DNA of 63,313 bases, filler included, from Candidatus Fermentibacterota bacterium (lineage in GTDB: Bacteria; JAFGKV01): NCBI GenBank assembly GCA_016928395.1. It is 7 parts of 7 records of this genome, joined end to end, with 100 filler letters (N's around TTAATTAATTAA, not from the genome) between each part and the next. Parts side by side here need not be neighbours in the genome. Positions count along the whole stretch, not along the records: positions 6,814 to 14,093 come from JAFGKV010000207.1; positions 14,194 to 18,266 come from JAFGKV010000208.1; positions 18,367 to 44,837 come from JAFGKV010000028.1; 4 more parts are not named here. The stretch is one strand, 5' to 3'. The notes below the pieces were generated by a model. That model was not told where the DNA came from, did no database searches, and worked only from the letters and a program-made list of their open reading frames with translations. Shown in pieces: positions 8,243 through 18,452 of this stretch. Positions within the stretch are counted from its first letter, which is position 1. Every line of letters starts with the position of its first letter. The translations under genes were made by a program, and so were the position numbers.

Positions 8243-10360
8243 ATGAGACCCATGCTTCACACCCTTATCCCCGCGGCAACAGCGATCGTGCACTGGTTCG
8301 TGCTTGCAGCAGCGGGGGTCGCGGCGCCCTCCACGACCGTCACGTTTGATGTCGATGACGTGAGCTTCTCTCAGATTGGCAACTACGACATCGCGAACGT
8401 CTCTGGATGTCACTTGCGCGGCGATCCGGGGCTTCCACTGCTTCCGTGCCGGTTTGTCAACCTCGTGATTCCGCGAAGCTGCTCGCCATCTCGAGTGCGG
8501 ATCACAGCCGACGTAAAGACGCGCCTGCCCGGCGAGTATCTCATCGCCCCGGCACAGCCTCTGCCGTCCGCTGAGGACGGATTCGCCCCCGCGGACTCCG
8601 TCGGGCCGGATGCGGATGTCTATCAGTCGACGTTGCCCTTTCCCGGAGATGCGGCTACACTCGATGGCGTCTCGATGAACTGGGGATGGAAGGTCTGTAC
8701 GGTGGTGGTATGGCCCCTTGAGTATGTTCCTGCCAAACGAGAATTGTGGTTGCACCAGAGCATCAAGATCAGTGTTGACCTGGCCCCGTCCACGGAGGCT
8801 GAGCAGGGCGTGTTGCCGCGTACGCCGGAGCAGCAGGAGGACTGGGCCAAGGAGCTGGAAGCATCGGTGGCGAACCCGCAAGACGTCTGGACCTTCGCCC
8901 CGGACTCGCGCAGTCCCGTGCCAGTGAGCCGACGGTGGGTTCTGATCCTCCCCGGTCATCCGGAGGCCCAGGGGCGCAATGGGTGGATCGACGCGCTGAT
9001 GCCGCTGGTGAATCACCGCCAGAGCCAGGGACTTGAGACGGAGACAAGATACGTGAAGACAATCACAACCGCCTCCGGGGAGACAGCGGTGCAGGCGATT
9101 CGGAACTACCTGATTGACCAACATAGCAATCACGGCGCCCGATGGGCGTGTCTCGTGGGAGACAACGAGATGATTCCCTGGACATACGACGGAGGGAACC
9201 CGAATAGACCCACAGATTGGTGCTACTGCGACTTGGATGGCACATGGCCATACGAAGCTGACTGGGCGCCCGAGTTGTGGGTCGGCAGGATACCCGCCAT
9301 CACCGCTCAGGAGGCCTCCAACTTCGTCTCGAAGGTTCTGGCGTACGAACAGAACCCCGGCAACGGTGACACATCGTACCTTACCAAGGCCTTCTACGAA
9401 TACGCCGATGGTGCCCAGGGCTTGGGAACCTGCGACTCCGTTATCGTGCACCAAGGTTACGGAGTACAGGATACGCTATGGAGAGAACTCCCGAGCTACT
9501 ATGACCCGCTCCCGTACTTCCCGTGGGACTATGACGTGGTCGCAACCCTGAGCAACGACCACTACAACCTCGTCACCGTCCATGCCCACGGCTACACCGA
9601 CTGCTATTGGCCGATATCGTACTGTGTGGGGGACAGCGCAATATCGGGGAGCTCTTTTGGCCTCGACGACATGGCGGCGCTCAGCAATACCGACTACTAC
9701 TTCTTCTGGTACTCGGCGTCGTGCATGCATGGCAAACTCGATGACACCATATACCCTCGATGCCTCGCGGAGGTTGCCACATGCATGAACCCGAACGGGG
9801 GGGCCATCGCATTCGCCGCAGACACCTGGACATCACGCGAGACCCCTTCCGCGGAACTGCAGTGCCATGCGTGGGATGTACTTTTTCCGAAGGGGCCTCT
9901 CGTTCCGAGGTACTGCAATCACGCCGGGTCGGTCGTGGCCTTGGCGAAGTACAGATCCGCCCAAGCCGGTGAATCGGACGACGAGACCCGTCGCGGCCAT
10001 GTCCTGTTCGGGGATCCTGCTACGGGGATCTGGACGCCCCAGTTCATGCCCGGACAGCCCAGACCGATGGTAGTCGGCGGGGAGCCACACGTTGGGGCTC
10101 TCCGAATCCTCTCATGGGGTCCGAACCCGGTGGTGGGGAGCCGAGGGAGTCTCCTCCTCTCACTCGACCGCCGCGCCGAGCTCCGCGTGGCAGCCTATGA
10201 TCTCATGGGGCGTCAGGTGAGGCAATTCCACAGTGGTGCGGCCACCCGGGGAGACCGCGCTCTATCGGTGGACTGGTCTGGTCTATCTCAAGGGACGTAT
10301 GTGCTTCGGGTGATTGCCGGCCAGGAGATGCTGACTAGGGAGGTTACGATACTTCGATAG
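8243..10360 (+). CDS. Gingipain-like cysteine peptidase (family C25) with propeptide and C-terminal sorting-like domain
   Basis: Signal peptide; GDPGLPLLP propeptide; LVGD, D..Y.DLDG, PELWVGRIP, AHG (His), ASC (Cys), GGAIAF, LFGDPA; GPNP...GTYVLRV C-terminal domain. Confidence 0.9.
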   Translation: MRPMLHTLIPAATAIVHWFVLAAAGVAAPSTTVTFDVDDVSFSQIGNYDIANVSGCHLRGDPGLPLLPCRFVNLVIPRSCSPSRVRITADVKTRLPGEYLIAPAQPLPSAEDGFAPADSVGPDADVYQSTLPFPGDAATLDGVSMNWGWKVCTVVVWPLEYVPAKRELWLHQSIKISVDLAPSTEAEQGVLPRTPEQQEDWAKELEASVANPQDVWTFAPDSRSPVPVSRRWVLILPGHPEAQGRNGWIDALMPLVNHRQSQGLETETRYVKTITTASGETAVQAIRNYLIDQHSNHGARWACLVGDNEMIPWTYDGGNPNRPTDWCYCDLDGTWPYEADWAPELWVGRIPAITAQEASNFVSKVLAYEQNPGNGDTSYLTKAFYEYADGAQGLGTCDSVIVHQGYGVQDTLWRELPSYYDPLPYFPWDYDVVATLSNDHYNLVTVHAHGYTDCYWPISYCVGDSAISGSSFGLDDMAALSNTDYYFFWYSASCMHGKLDDTIYPRCLAEVATCMNPNGGAIAFAADTWTSRETPSAELQCHAWDVLFPKGPLVPRYCNHAGSVVALAKYRSAQAGESDDETRRGHVLFGDPATGIWTPQFMPGQPRPMVVGGEPHVGALRILSWGPNPVVGSRGSLLLSLDRRAELRVAAYDLMGRQVRQFHSGAATRGDRALSVDWSGLSQGTYVLRVIAGQEMLTREVTILR

Positions 10361-10423
10361 GTGCGAGGGCAGGTCTCATCCGAGGCCATGTGATCGAACA
10401 ACTGTGAAGGAGGAAGCGGTTCA

Positions 10424-12028
10424 GTGGTACGACCTTGGAAACTCGTGGTTCTTGCATACGTTGTGATCGTTGCGGGTCCTCGCTTCGCGCTGGCAGACGA
10501 CAGTCTTCATACGCTGTTGACTATTGTGGGCGACAGCCCGGGGCAGCACCTGGGTCGGGCAATTTCAGGGGGTGGAGACATCAACGGAGATGGATTCGCG
10601 GATCTCGTGGTCGGTGACCCGAGCCGCAAGGAATGCAGGGTCTACCTCGGTGCTCCATCGCTTTCCTCCTCTCCCTCGCTGGTCATCGCCCAACCGGAGA
10701 CGTGCCCAGGGTTTCCTCCCAGCACCTATGGAGGCGTGGTATCTGGAGCTCGGGACATCAACGGTGACGGCTATGATGATCTTGTGGTGACGAACGCAGA
10801 ATGGCTCTACGTCACGGGGAAGGCCTACGTCTACTACGGCGGCGCCGAAGTGGACACTATTCCCGATGTGGCGATCGCCGGGTATGGGAGTTCCTGGCTC
10901 CACGAGTTCTGGTCGACCGATCTGCGCGGTCGAGTGGTCGGGGACATCAATGGGGATGGGTATGACGAACTGGCGTGCTTGGCCTACTACACCGTGGATA
11001 CTGGTGCATACGTCTACTTCGGAGGCGCACCGATGGACAGCGTGCACGACGTGGGGTGCCGTGGCCCTGGGTACCCGTATCTAGAGCTGGGGAGCGACAT
11101 CGCATCGGGCGACCTGAACGGCGACGGCTTCGGCGATCTGGTCGTCGGGGCATATGGGGCTGAGAACCATCCCGAGGTGCAGGATGCGGCGTGGGTCTAC
11201 TTCGGGGGCACGGAGGTGGACGAGACACCGGATGTGATCCTCTCTCCCTCGCGTGTCGCGCGTGACAACACGGTTCTCGTGCCAGGAGACCTCAACGGCG
11301 ATGGATTCGAGGACGTGGTGGTGGGGCCGTCAAGATACACAAACCCCACCGTGACTGATCCTGGGTGTGCCCACGTGTACTTCGGCTCGGCTCGCATGGA
11401 CAGCGTCGCGGACCTCGCCCTTGTGGGTGACATTGACGGAGGATGCCTTGCGCTGGCGGGAGGAGACATCAACGGAGACGGGTATGCAGACCTGATTGTC
11501 TGTGAGAGACCGGTGTGGCACCCCCCGTACACGGTGGGTCGATTGTCGGTGTACTTGGGCGGCGCGGACATGGACTCAATCCCCGCCGTGGTGATCACTG
11601 GTTCCGGCCGTTTCGGCGAGACAGTGACGTGGATCGGTGATATGAATGGCGATGGGTGGCCGGAGTTCGCCGTCTCGGATCCTGATGCGGCTGGCGGACC
11701 GGGCGAGATCTACATCTACACCTTGGCTCAAGTCGGCTCCCCCCCGCACCCCCTCCCTCTGCCCGACCCGGTCGCGCTCACGGTGGCCCCCAATCCAGGC
11801 GCCGGCCCATTCCATATCTCGTGGTCCTCGGCCGCCGTGAATCCCGGAGCAGTTGAGATAGTGGACATCAATGGCCGCGTGGTGCGAAGCCTCAGGGCGG
11901 GATCCGGCGGCGCCATTGTCTGGGATGGGTGCAATGGGGCAGGGATTCCTGTGCCCAGCGGCGTCTATGTCGTTCGCATGCAGGAAGGAGGCGTGGCGCA
12001 CTCAAGGAAGGTGGTGGTCGTACGCTGA
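10424..12028 (+). CDS. FG-GAP repeat (integrin-alpha-like beta-propeller) secreted protein with FlgD-like C-terminal domain
   Basis: Seven (G)D(I/L/M)NGDG repeats, signal peptide, PNP...WDG..PSGVY C-terminus; RBS AAGGAGG. Confidence 0.92.
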   Translation: MVRPWKLVVLAYVVIVAGPRFALADDSLHTLLTIVGDSPGQHLGRAISGGGDINGDGFADLVVGDPSRKECRVYLGAPSLSSSPSLVIAQPETCPGFPPSTYGGVVSGARDINGDGYDDLVVTNAEWLYVTGKAYVYYGGAEVDTIPDVAIAGYGSSWLHEFWSTDLRGRVVGDINGDGYDELACLAYYTVDTGAYVYFGGAPMDSVHDVGCRGPGYPYLELGSDIASGDLNGDGFGDLVVGAYGAENHPEVQDAAWVYFGGTEVDETPDVILSPSRVARDNTVLVPGDLNGDGFEDVVVGPSRYTNPTVTDPGCAHVYFGSARMDSVADLALVGDIDGGCLALAGGDINGDGYADLIVCERPVWHPPYTVGRLSVYLGGADMDSIPAVVITGSGRFGETVTWIGDMNGDGWPEFAVSDPDAAGGPGEIYIYTLAQVGSPPHPLPLPDPVALTVAPNPGAGPFHISWSSAAVNPGAVEIVDINGRVVRSLRAGSGGAIVWDGCNGAGIPVPSGVYVVRMQEGGVAHSRKVVVVR

Positions 12029-12363
12029 AGACGGCCCGAGGCAGGCAGCGGGATCGGCGCCGGAGCGTCTCCTCCGCTCGTCCCGGTCGACCTCTTCGGA
12101 TGTGAGCCGGGCCGCCGAGCGTGCGCGTACTCAGGCTCTTCGAGGTTGAAAGCATGGCGGGATGACGGGACTGATGAGGCACCAATGTATTGCTCTGGGT
12201 AGCAGAGACGACCACATCGCCCGGCCAATCAGGGACAATGGCGAAAGGGATTGCGATGGGATGCGCGCTCATGTGCTGTCACACATGCCTGCGTCTGGGG
12301 CCGAGGCATGCGCTCCATCCCGACGCTCGAAGTGAGAACTCGTTCCGGCAAGGAGGTTGCGGT

Positions 12364-13764
12364 ATGAGAGGAGAAGCGTTCGCAGGCAAAGGCCGCCTGT
12401 GTGTGATGCGCGTGGTGTTGGCGCTTCTGATCGGCGTGCTTGGGAGTAACACTTCTCGCGCGTTCGAATGGCACTTCGAGGTTGTTGACGGCACATGGGG
12501 TGTCAGCTACTCCTCCCTGGCACTTGATCGGGAGAATCGACCACACATCAGCTACTTCGTCGCTGGCACACGTGACCTGAAGTATGCCTGGAGGGGCGAT
12601 GCCGGCTGGATCGTTGAGACTGTCGACACCGAGGGCGATGTCGGGTCATACGGCTCATTGGCGCTTGATGAAGCGGGCTATCCTCATATCAGCTACCACG
12701 ATGGGGACAACAGCGATCTGAAGTATGCCAACAAAGACAGCTCAGGGTGGCACATCGAGGTCGCGGTCAGTGATGGCTGGGTCGGCGAATTCACATCGAT
12801 TGCGCTCACCGATGCGGGGACTCCATGCATTAGTTGCACCCGGCTGAATGCGGGGCACGGGTTGGAGTATGCGTATCGGAGCGAATCAGGATGGCGCCAC
12901 GAGACGATTGACAGCCTCGAGAACTTCTGCCCCTACACGTCGCTGGCTCTTGATGACGAGGGACGTGCCCATCTCAGCTACATGGCCGTGACCAACAGCA
13001 CCGAACTCAGGTATGCAGTTCGATCCGAGTCGGGCTGGGTGGTCACGACGGTAGACAGCACCGGGCTGCCGGGGCACCACTCCTCCTTGGCACTGGATCG
13101 CTTGGGGTTTCCTCACATCAGCCACTTCAGTCCTTCCGGCTCTCGAGTCGAACTGGCCAGCAGAGACAGCTCTGGCTGGCATACGGAGACCGCAGGCTAT
13201 GGACAAGCATACGATACGTATTCATCCCTCTGCCTGGATGCAGACGACAGGCCGTATATCGGCTACTACCGTGATCGCGCCTGCGTCCTGATGCTTTCAT
13301 TCAAAGATGAAAGTGGCTGGCACACGGAGACCGTGGATGACGGGGGCAGCTACCTCTCCCTGGCCCTCGATGACGCGGGCGCCCCGCGTCTGAGCTACAT
13401 GGGTGCAGGCGGGCTCAGATATGCCTATGCAGAGCCCGTAGGCGTTCCTGAATGGGCACGGCGAGACGGGACATTGGTATTCAGGGTTTGCCCGAACCCC
13501 GCGAGATCCACGATATCGGTTCAATGCCACTCGGATGGAGGTTTGCACGGCGCCGGGGGGTGCGCGTATCTGAAGGTATTCGATTGCCTCGGGCGACTCG
13601 TGGCAGCGCCGCTGAACGACATGCGTCTCGATGGAACCGGCGCTTCCAGGTGGGATCTGACAACCTGCCGTGGCGATCGAGTGCAATCCGGTGTGTACTT
13701 CCTGATCCTTCAGGATGATGCCGGACAGTCGGCCGCCCTCGAACGACTGGTCGTGCTGGAGTAA
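12364..13764 (+). CDS. Secreted beta-propeller repeat protein with FlgD-like C-terminal domain
   Basis: About 7 repeats of W..ETVD..G..SSLALD..G.PHISY; AGGAGG RBS before ATG 12364; PNP...WDL...SGVYFL. Confidence 0.85.
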   Translation: MRGEAFAGKGRLCVMRVVLALLIGVLGSNTSRAFEWHFEVVDGTWGVSYSSLALDRENRPHISYFVAGTRDLKYAWRGDAGWIVETVDTEGDVGSYGSLALDEAGYPHISYHDGDNSDLKYANKDSSGWHIEVAVSDGWVGEFTSIALTDAGTPCISCTRLNAGHGLEYAYRSESGWRHETIDSLENFCPYTSLALDDEGRAHLSYMAVTNSTELRYAVRSESGWVVTTVDSTGLPGHHSSLALDRLGFPHISHFSPSGSRVELASRDSSGWHTETAGYGQAYDTYSSLCLDADDRPYIGYYRDRACVLMLSFKDESGWHTETVDDGGSYLSLALDDAGAPRLSYMGAGGLRYAYAEPVGVPEWARRDGTLVFRVCPNPARSTISVQCHSDGGLHGAGGCAYLKVFDCLGRLVAAPLNDMRLDGTGASRWDLTTCRGDRVQSGVYFLILQDDAGQSAALERLVVLE

Positions 13765-14093
13765 AAGGAGGTTGAGCCCGAGTGGAGGGAGCTGAGCAGG
13801 CTATGGAGGATGCGGGGGCACTGAGCAGATGTGTCCGGCGCCCGTGAAGCACGAACGTGTCATGAGTACGAGTATGGGGGACGTAGGGGACGCGCCGGGT
13901 AATCGGCGAGGTGGAGTGAATGGAAGAGCCGCGGGACTGGGAAGTCGAAGACCATGGTTGGACGAGCCCCGACGGGCGGGAGCGGGGCTGCGCGGCGCAT
14001 GTCGATGACTATTCTGCTTCGTAAATACGCGGGCGAGCCGTGTTCCCGACGTGACGCAGACTTCTGCAGTGCAGGCTGCGCCGCGGTTTTCAT

Positions 14094-14193
14094 NNNNNNN
14101 NNNNNNNNNNNNNNNNNNNNNNNNNNNNNNNNNNNNNTTAATTAATTAANNNNNNNNNNNNNNNNNNNNNNNNNNNNNNNNNNNNNNNNNNNN
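14094..14193. other. Artificial contig linker
   Basis: N-run with TTAATTAATTAA. Confidence 0.99.
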
Positions 14194-14274
14194 CGGGGGT
14201 TCGGGGCCGGTATCGCCATCGGAATCGACGAGTCGGGCATTCGAGTACGAGTACGAGCTCTGCATGTTCTCTCA
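14194..14274 (-). repeat. Dispersed repeat TGAGAGWACATGCAGAGCYCG with hexamer tail (copy A)
   Basis: The reverse complement of 14254-14274 matches 18088-18108 and 45047-45067. Confidence 0.75.
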
Positions 14275-14514
14275 CACAAGTCGATCATCGGAGGAGCGTC
14301 GACTGTCGCCCCTCCCTTTCGCAAAGGGAGGTTGGGAGGGATTTCCCTTTGGAAGGGACGAATGGAAGGATGGGAAAATGGGACCGAGGGATGGACAGGG
14401 AGCCGTGAACCGTCAACCGTGAATGATGAACTCCTTGTGCAGCAGGTGATGCAGCCTCTTAATCTCGACGAATCCGCCGGTGGCTCATGCCCTCAGAGGC
14501 CAGACTGAACCCTC

Positions 14515-15507
14515 CTAGCCTGAGCCCTTGCGCCCTGAGCTCAGAGATACCCAGCTATCGTCCAGGGGGCGCGTGGGCGGTCTTCGCGGCGCCGGCGTCT
14601 CCAACTCGGGAATCTGCATCCCCCGATGAGTGATCGGAGCGATTTTCAGGGGCTGCGGCGTGAAGGTGACCGCAAACACCACCAAGGCAAGAATGCCCAG
14701 ATTCCTCCGCGTCTCATCAAGGCCTGAGGGTGTACCGGGCATGGGGTGGAAGGGGTAGAAGGGCGAAGGAGCGTAGTCTTGGGCCAGGGGAGGATGCCTG
14801 CTTCCCATGAGGGTGATGATCAGCGCCCACAGGATCCACCCTTGCCACGCAACCAATCCCAACAGCAGCAGGGCAATCACCACAGTGCGGCTCATGGCGC
14901 GGTGCCTTCGCGGCCACAGGCTGTAGAAGATATGGCCTCCGTCTAACTGGCTGGCCGGCAGGAGATTGAGTGCCGTTACCAGAAAGCCGATCCACCCCGC
15001 GAAGGCCATGGGGTGCAGCATGAGTTCCGAGGCCACGGGGGCAGGACCCTTGAGCAGTCGAACCAGGAACGCGAACAGCAAGGAGTCACCCAGCATCAGA
15101 GCGCCCTGGGTCTGTACGCTGGGCACGAAGGTCGAAAGAGAGATGCCGATAGCCGCGATGGGAATCGCCAGTACCATCCCGGTCAGCGGTCCCGCGACGC
15201 CTACGTCCAGCAGGGCCTGGCGATTCTGAATGGGCGTGCGGATTTTGATGAACGCCCCCAGCGTGCCGAATAGGAAGATGGGTGGCGGCACGGGGATGAA
15301 GTAGGGGAGGGTGGCCTGGAGCTCATGGCGCCGGCACGCGTAGTAATGCCCCATCTCATGCCCCAGCAGGATTGTCAGCAGTGGCAGGCTGTATGACAGA
15401 CCCAGGGCCATGTCGGCGGGGTTGCGCAGGGGATTACCGCCCTGTTGCAGGCTCCCCCCGAAGGTTGTGGTCACAAAGGTCAGCCCAAGCAATACCAGAT
15501 GAATCAT
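14515..15507 (-). CDS. Site-2 protease family (M50) intramembrane metalloprotease
   Basis: HEMGH, AGPLTG, NLLPASQLDGGH, multiple transmembrane segments. Confidence 0.95.
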   Translation of the reverse strand: MIHLVLLGLTFVTTTFGGSLQQGGNPLRNPADMALGLSYSLPLLTILLGHEMGHYYACRRHELQATLPYFIPVPPPIFLFGTLGAFIKIRTPIQNRQALLDVGVAGPLTGMVLAIPIAAIGISLSTFVPSVQTQGALMLGDSLLFAFLVRLLKGPAPVASELMLHPMAFAGWIGFLVTALNLLPASQLDGGHIFYSLWPRRHRAMSRTVVIALLLLGLVAWQGWILWALIITLMGSRHPPLAQDYAPSPFYPFHPMPGTPSGLDETRRNLGILALVVFAVTFTPQPLKIAPITHRGMQIPELETPAPRRPPTRPLDDSWVSLSSGRKGSG

Positions 15508-15889
15508 GCGGTCTCCTTACTTCGTCCGCGCAAGATGCACCGTCCGGGGGTGCCGGGCAAGGCCGGCCGGCCGCGGATGCCTCCGCACATCCGAGACTCG
15601 AAGCCCTGTATCCACAGGCGTGGGGCAAAGCGCGAAATCCGAAACGAAGGGGGGAGGAGGGGAGGGGGGAAGAATGGAAGGATGGATGGATGAATGGAGA
15701 GATGGGAGGGTGGAGTATCTATCGGAGAATAGACCGGCAACGGACAACGGCCAGCCATGCCCAGGGGAGCGAGATTCCACGAGGCGTGTTCGCACCGGCT
15801 GGCCGATATGCCAACCCCAACGCCAGTCAAAAGAAATGCCCGCCGATCAAGGTCTGGGTGAGAAGGCATGACTTCCTGGGAAGAAGGCC

Positions 15890-15918
15890 TTGACAAGACC
15901 ACACTGACCGGATATCCT
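15890..15918 (+). promoter_or_regulatory. Putative sigma70 promoter
   Basis: TTGACA-17 nt-TATCCT upstream of the 16115 CDS. Confidence 0.55.
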
Positions 15919-16114
15919 GCTAACACTTGACACAGTACCGTGGTTCCCGTACTTATGGAACCATCGTGAGTTTGTTGTTTTCGGGGAGCCGACGACATAC
16001 CCAGTCTCTGAGCCGGCCTGAAGAAAGGAGGTAGCGTGTCAGTCGCTGGCTCGTGGTAGGCTCCAGATGGTTCAGGTTAGGCCATAACGGCCGAACAGAA
16101 AGGAGTTTCCAGCA

Positions 16115-17875
16115 ATGAGGAAGATGCTGGTTATGGCGTTGGTAATGGTCCCCGTGGCCGTTCTAGCGCTGACACCGCCCCCCGCGGTGAGAGTTACTGA
16201 TGATCCCTCGTCCGCCGTTGTTTCTCCCACCGTCAATTCGCGCGACTTTGAGCGTGTCCGCATCGCGGAATTGACCTCCTATATCCGCTATCTGTTTGAG
16301 CACAAGCAAGGGCTGCTACTCAACGGTTCGGATGATCCGTACTTCTTCTTCGCCCACAACGACGCCGCGGGCAAGATCAATACCGTGGTTTTCAACGAGA
16401 GCCAGTTGATGGATCCGGCCTCGTGGATTGTCCAGGACATCGTCGAGTGGACGGGCGAAGGCTCCCTGCGTTACATCAGCCCCAGCGCATACTCCGATGG
16501 GGACATGTGGTATCCTCAGGTGACCTTCAACTGCTACGGTCCCCCGGCATACGAAGGGTTCTTGTATGACGAGGGCGGCCTCGGCGCCGGCATCTGGACG
16601 AATCCGTTCCCGGTCGACGGCCCGGCCTATGACTACTATCTGCCGCTGACCGACACCGGCGCCGGCAATGTCATCTTCATGGACGGCCAGGCCCGCGACG
16701 CCGCCAGCGACAGCCATATCTTCAAGTCGTTCGGCGGGTGGGACGGCGTCATGGTCGATCCTCCGGGCGAGGTCATGATCTTCCCGGCTGACGAGACCTT
16801 CGGCCCGAACCCCGTGTTCGGCCAGGGCTATGAGAACAGCCAGCTCGTCTACGGTGCCGATCGCAATGGGACCATCGTCATAGCCCTGTGCGGGTACCGC
16901 TCGGCCGACTACACCGACGTGAATAATCCGCTGCTGCCGGTGTTCCGCTGCTCCATGGACGGTGGCTTGACCTGGGCCGACAATGTCTGGCTCGACCAGG
17001 CGACCGTTCCTGACATGCCGGGCTCCATCCCGGGCATCCAGGCGCATTACTCCAACTCGTTCTTCGACTTTGCGTTTGACGGCATGGGCAACATGCATTT
17101 CCTGGCCGTCATCGCTGACTCCGGCTGGTACGGCAATGACACATCGCCCATCTGGGGTCTGTATGACATCCATCAGACCGATGAAGGGTGGACGGCCTCG
17201 CTGGTTTCAGACGGTACGGACTACGAGGGTCTGAACCCCCGCCCGCTTCTGGATGAGACCGGGATCGAATCCTGGATGCACAGCCCGAGCCTGGCCTGGG
17301 GCGAAGATGGCACCATGATCGCCACCTGGGCCGACATCGCCATCGTCGACATGGCCGACACCTCGGTCGCCATCGGCATCCTGATGAGCTACTCCCATGA
17401 CAATGGTATGACCTGGACTGATCCTGCGATCGTCGCTGCCGACCTTGAGATCGGCGAGTACTTCCCGCGGTTGATCCAGAACACCTACGTGCCCGCAGAG
17501 GGCGAAATGGCCTATGCCTACGTCCTGACCATGCCCACCGGCGGCGCCGATGGCCCGCTGGACATGATCAAGGTTCCGTATGAGAAGAATGTCTCAGCCG
17601 ACATGAAGCCCGTCGTGCAGAAGCTTGACGTCCTCGGCCCGAACCCCACCCAGGGCAGGGTCACCGTGGCGCTCAACCTGAACACGGCCGGAACAGTCAA
17701 TGCCGGCATCTACAACCTCAACGGCCAGTTGGTCCAGACCCTGCACAAGGGTATGATGACCGCCGGCTCGCACGAGCTCACCTGGGACGGCAGCACTGCC
17801 GCCGCAGGCATCTACTTCGCTCGCGTGACCTCCGGCTCCCAGAACCTGGCCGCCAAGGTGGTGCTGGTGAAGTAA
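16115..17875 (+). CDS. Secreted protein with Asp-box (BNR)-like motifs and T9SS/FlgD-like C-terminal domain
   Basis: Signal peptide, SMDGGLTW and SHDNGMTW Asp-boxes, GPNP...AAGIYFARV...KVVLVK; RBS AAAGGAG. Confidence 0.88.
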   Translation: MRKMLVMALVMVPVAVLALTPPPAVRVTDDPSSAVVSPTVNSRDFERVRIAELTSYIRYLFEHKQGLLLNGSDDPYFFFAHNDAAGKINTVVFNESQLMDPASWIVQDIVEWTGEGSLRYISPSAYSDGDMWYPQVTFNCYGPPAYEGFLYDEGGLGAGIWTNPFPVDGPAYDYYLPLTDTGAGNVIFMDGQARDAASDSHIFKSFGGWDGVMVDPPGEVMIFPADETFGPNPVFGQGYENSQLVYGADRNGTIVIALCGYRSADYTDVNNPLLPVFRCSMDGGLTWADNVWLDQATVPDMPGSIPGIQAHYSNSFFDFAFDGMGNMHFLAVIADSGWYGNDTSPIWGLYDIHQTDEGWTASLVSDGTDYEGLNPRPLLDETGIESWMHSPSLAWGEDGTMIATWADIAIVDMADTSVAIGILMSYSHDNGMTWTDPAIVAADLEIGEYFPRLIQNTYVPAEGEMAYAYVLTMPTGGADGPLDMIKVPYEKNVSADMKPVVQKLDVLGPNPTQGRVTVALNLNTAGTVNAGIYNLNGQLVQTLHKGMMTAGSHELTWDGSTAAAGIYFARVTSGSQNLAAKVVLVK

Positions 17876-17896
17876 ACCGGTTTTTCCGGTTCTCAG

Positions 17897-17930
17897 CGGG
17901 CGAGGCCCCCGGGCCTCGCCCGTTGTCGTT
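17897..17930 (+). terminator. Probable intrinsic terminator
   Basis: 11-bp perfect stem CGGGCGAGGCC/GGCCTCGCCCG followed by TTGTCGTT, just after the stop codon. Confidence 0.55.
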
Positions 17931-18087
17931 GGGGGAGGGCCGAGAGTCGCCTTCGCCGGGCGCGGGCAACGCCACGTTCAACACTGCAGGCGCCAAGATC
18001 CCGGCACGGAAGCCGGCCGCCCCAATCCCCTGACATTCCTCAGTCGGCAATAGGCAGTCAAGGCTTGCTAAGAGCCGGCGACGTGTC

Positions 18088-18178
18088 TGAGAGTACATGC
18101 AGAGCTCGCGCGTATGCCCGGATCCCCAGCTCGTCGATTACGACAACGATATCGATGCCGACTCCGAGCCCCGGCCCC
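18088..18178 (+). repeat. Dispersed repeat copy B
   Basis: TGAGAGTACATGCAGAGCTCG...ATGCCCG...CTCGTCGATT.CGA, colinear with copy A. Confidence 0.75.
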
Positions 18179-18206
18179 GGCGGGCGACGGGGGGTGCATG
18201 GACAGA

Positions 18207-18257
18207 GTAGGAGGGCCTTCAGGCCCGACACGGGCGGAGTCAGAGCTCCGCCCCTAC
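18207..18257. repeat. Inverted pair of GTAG-type REP-like palindromes
   Basis: GTAG-GA-GGGCC-TTCA-GGCCC on +; GTAG-GGGCGGAG-CTCTGA-CTCCGCCC on -. Confidence 0.6.
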
Positions 18258-18266
18258 AAGGCAACG

Positions 18267-18366
18267 NNNNNNNNNNNNNNNNNNNNNNNNNNNNNNNNNN
18301 NNNNNNNNNNTTAATTAATTAANNNNNNNNNNNNNNNNNNNNNNNNNNNNNNNNNNNNNNNNNNNN
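18267..18366. other. Artificial contig linker
   Basis: N-run with TTAATTAATTAA. Confidence 0.99.
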
Positions 18367-18452
18367 GCCGAACTGGAGGATGCCGCGGGGGTTCCGGTGA
18401 TCGTGGGTGACCTCATCAGCGACGCGCTGGCTGCCGCAGGAAGGAGGCTATT

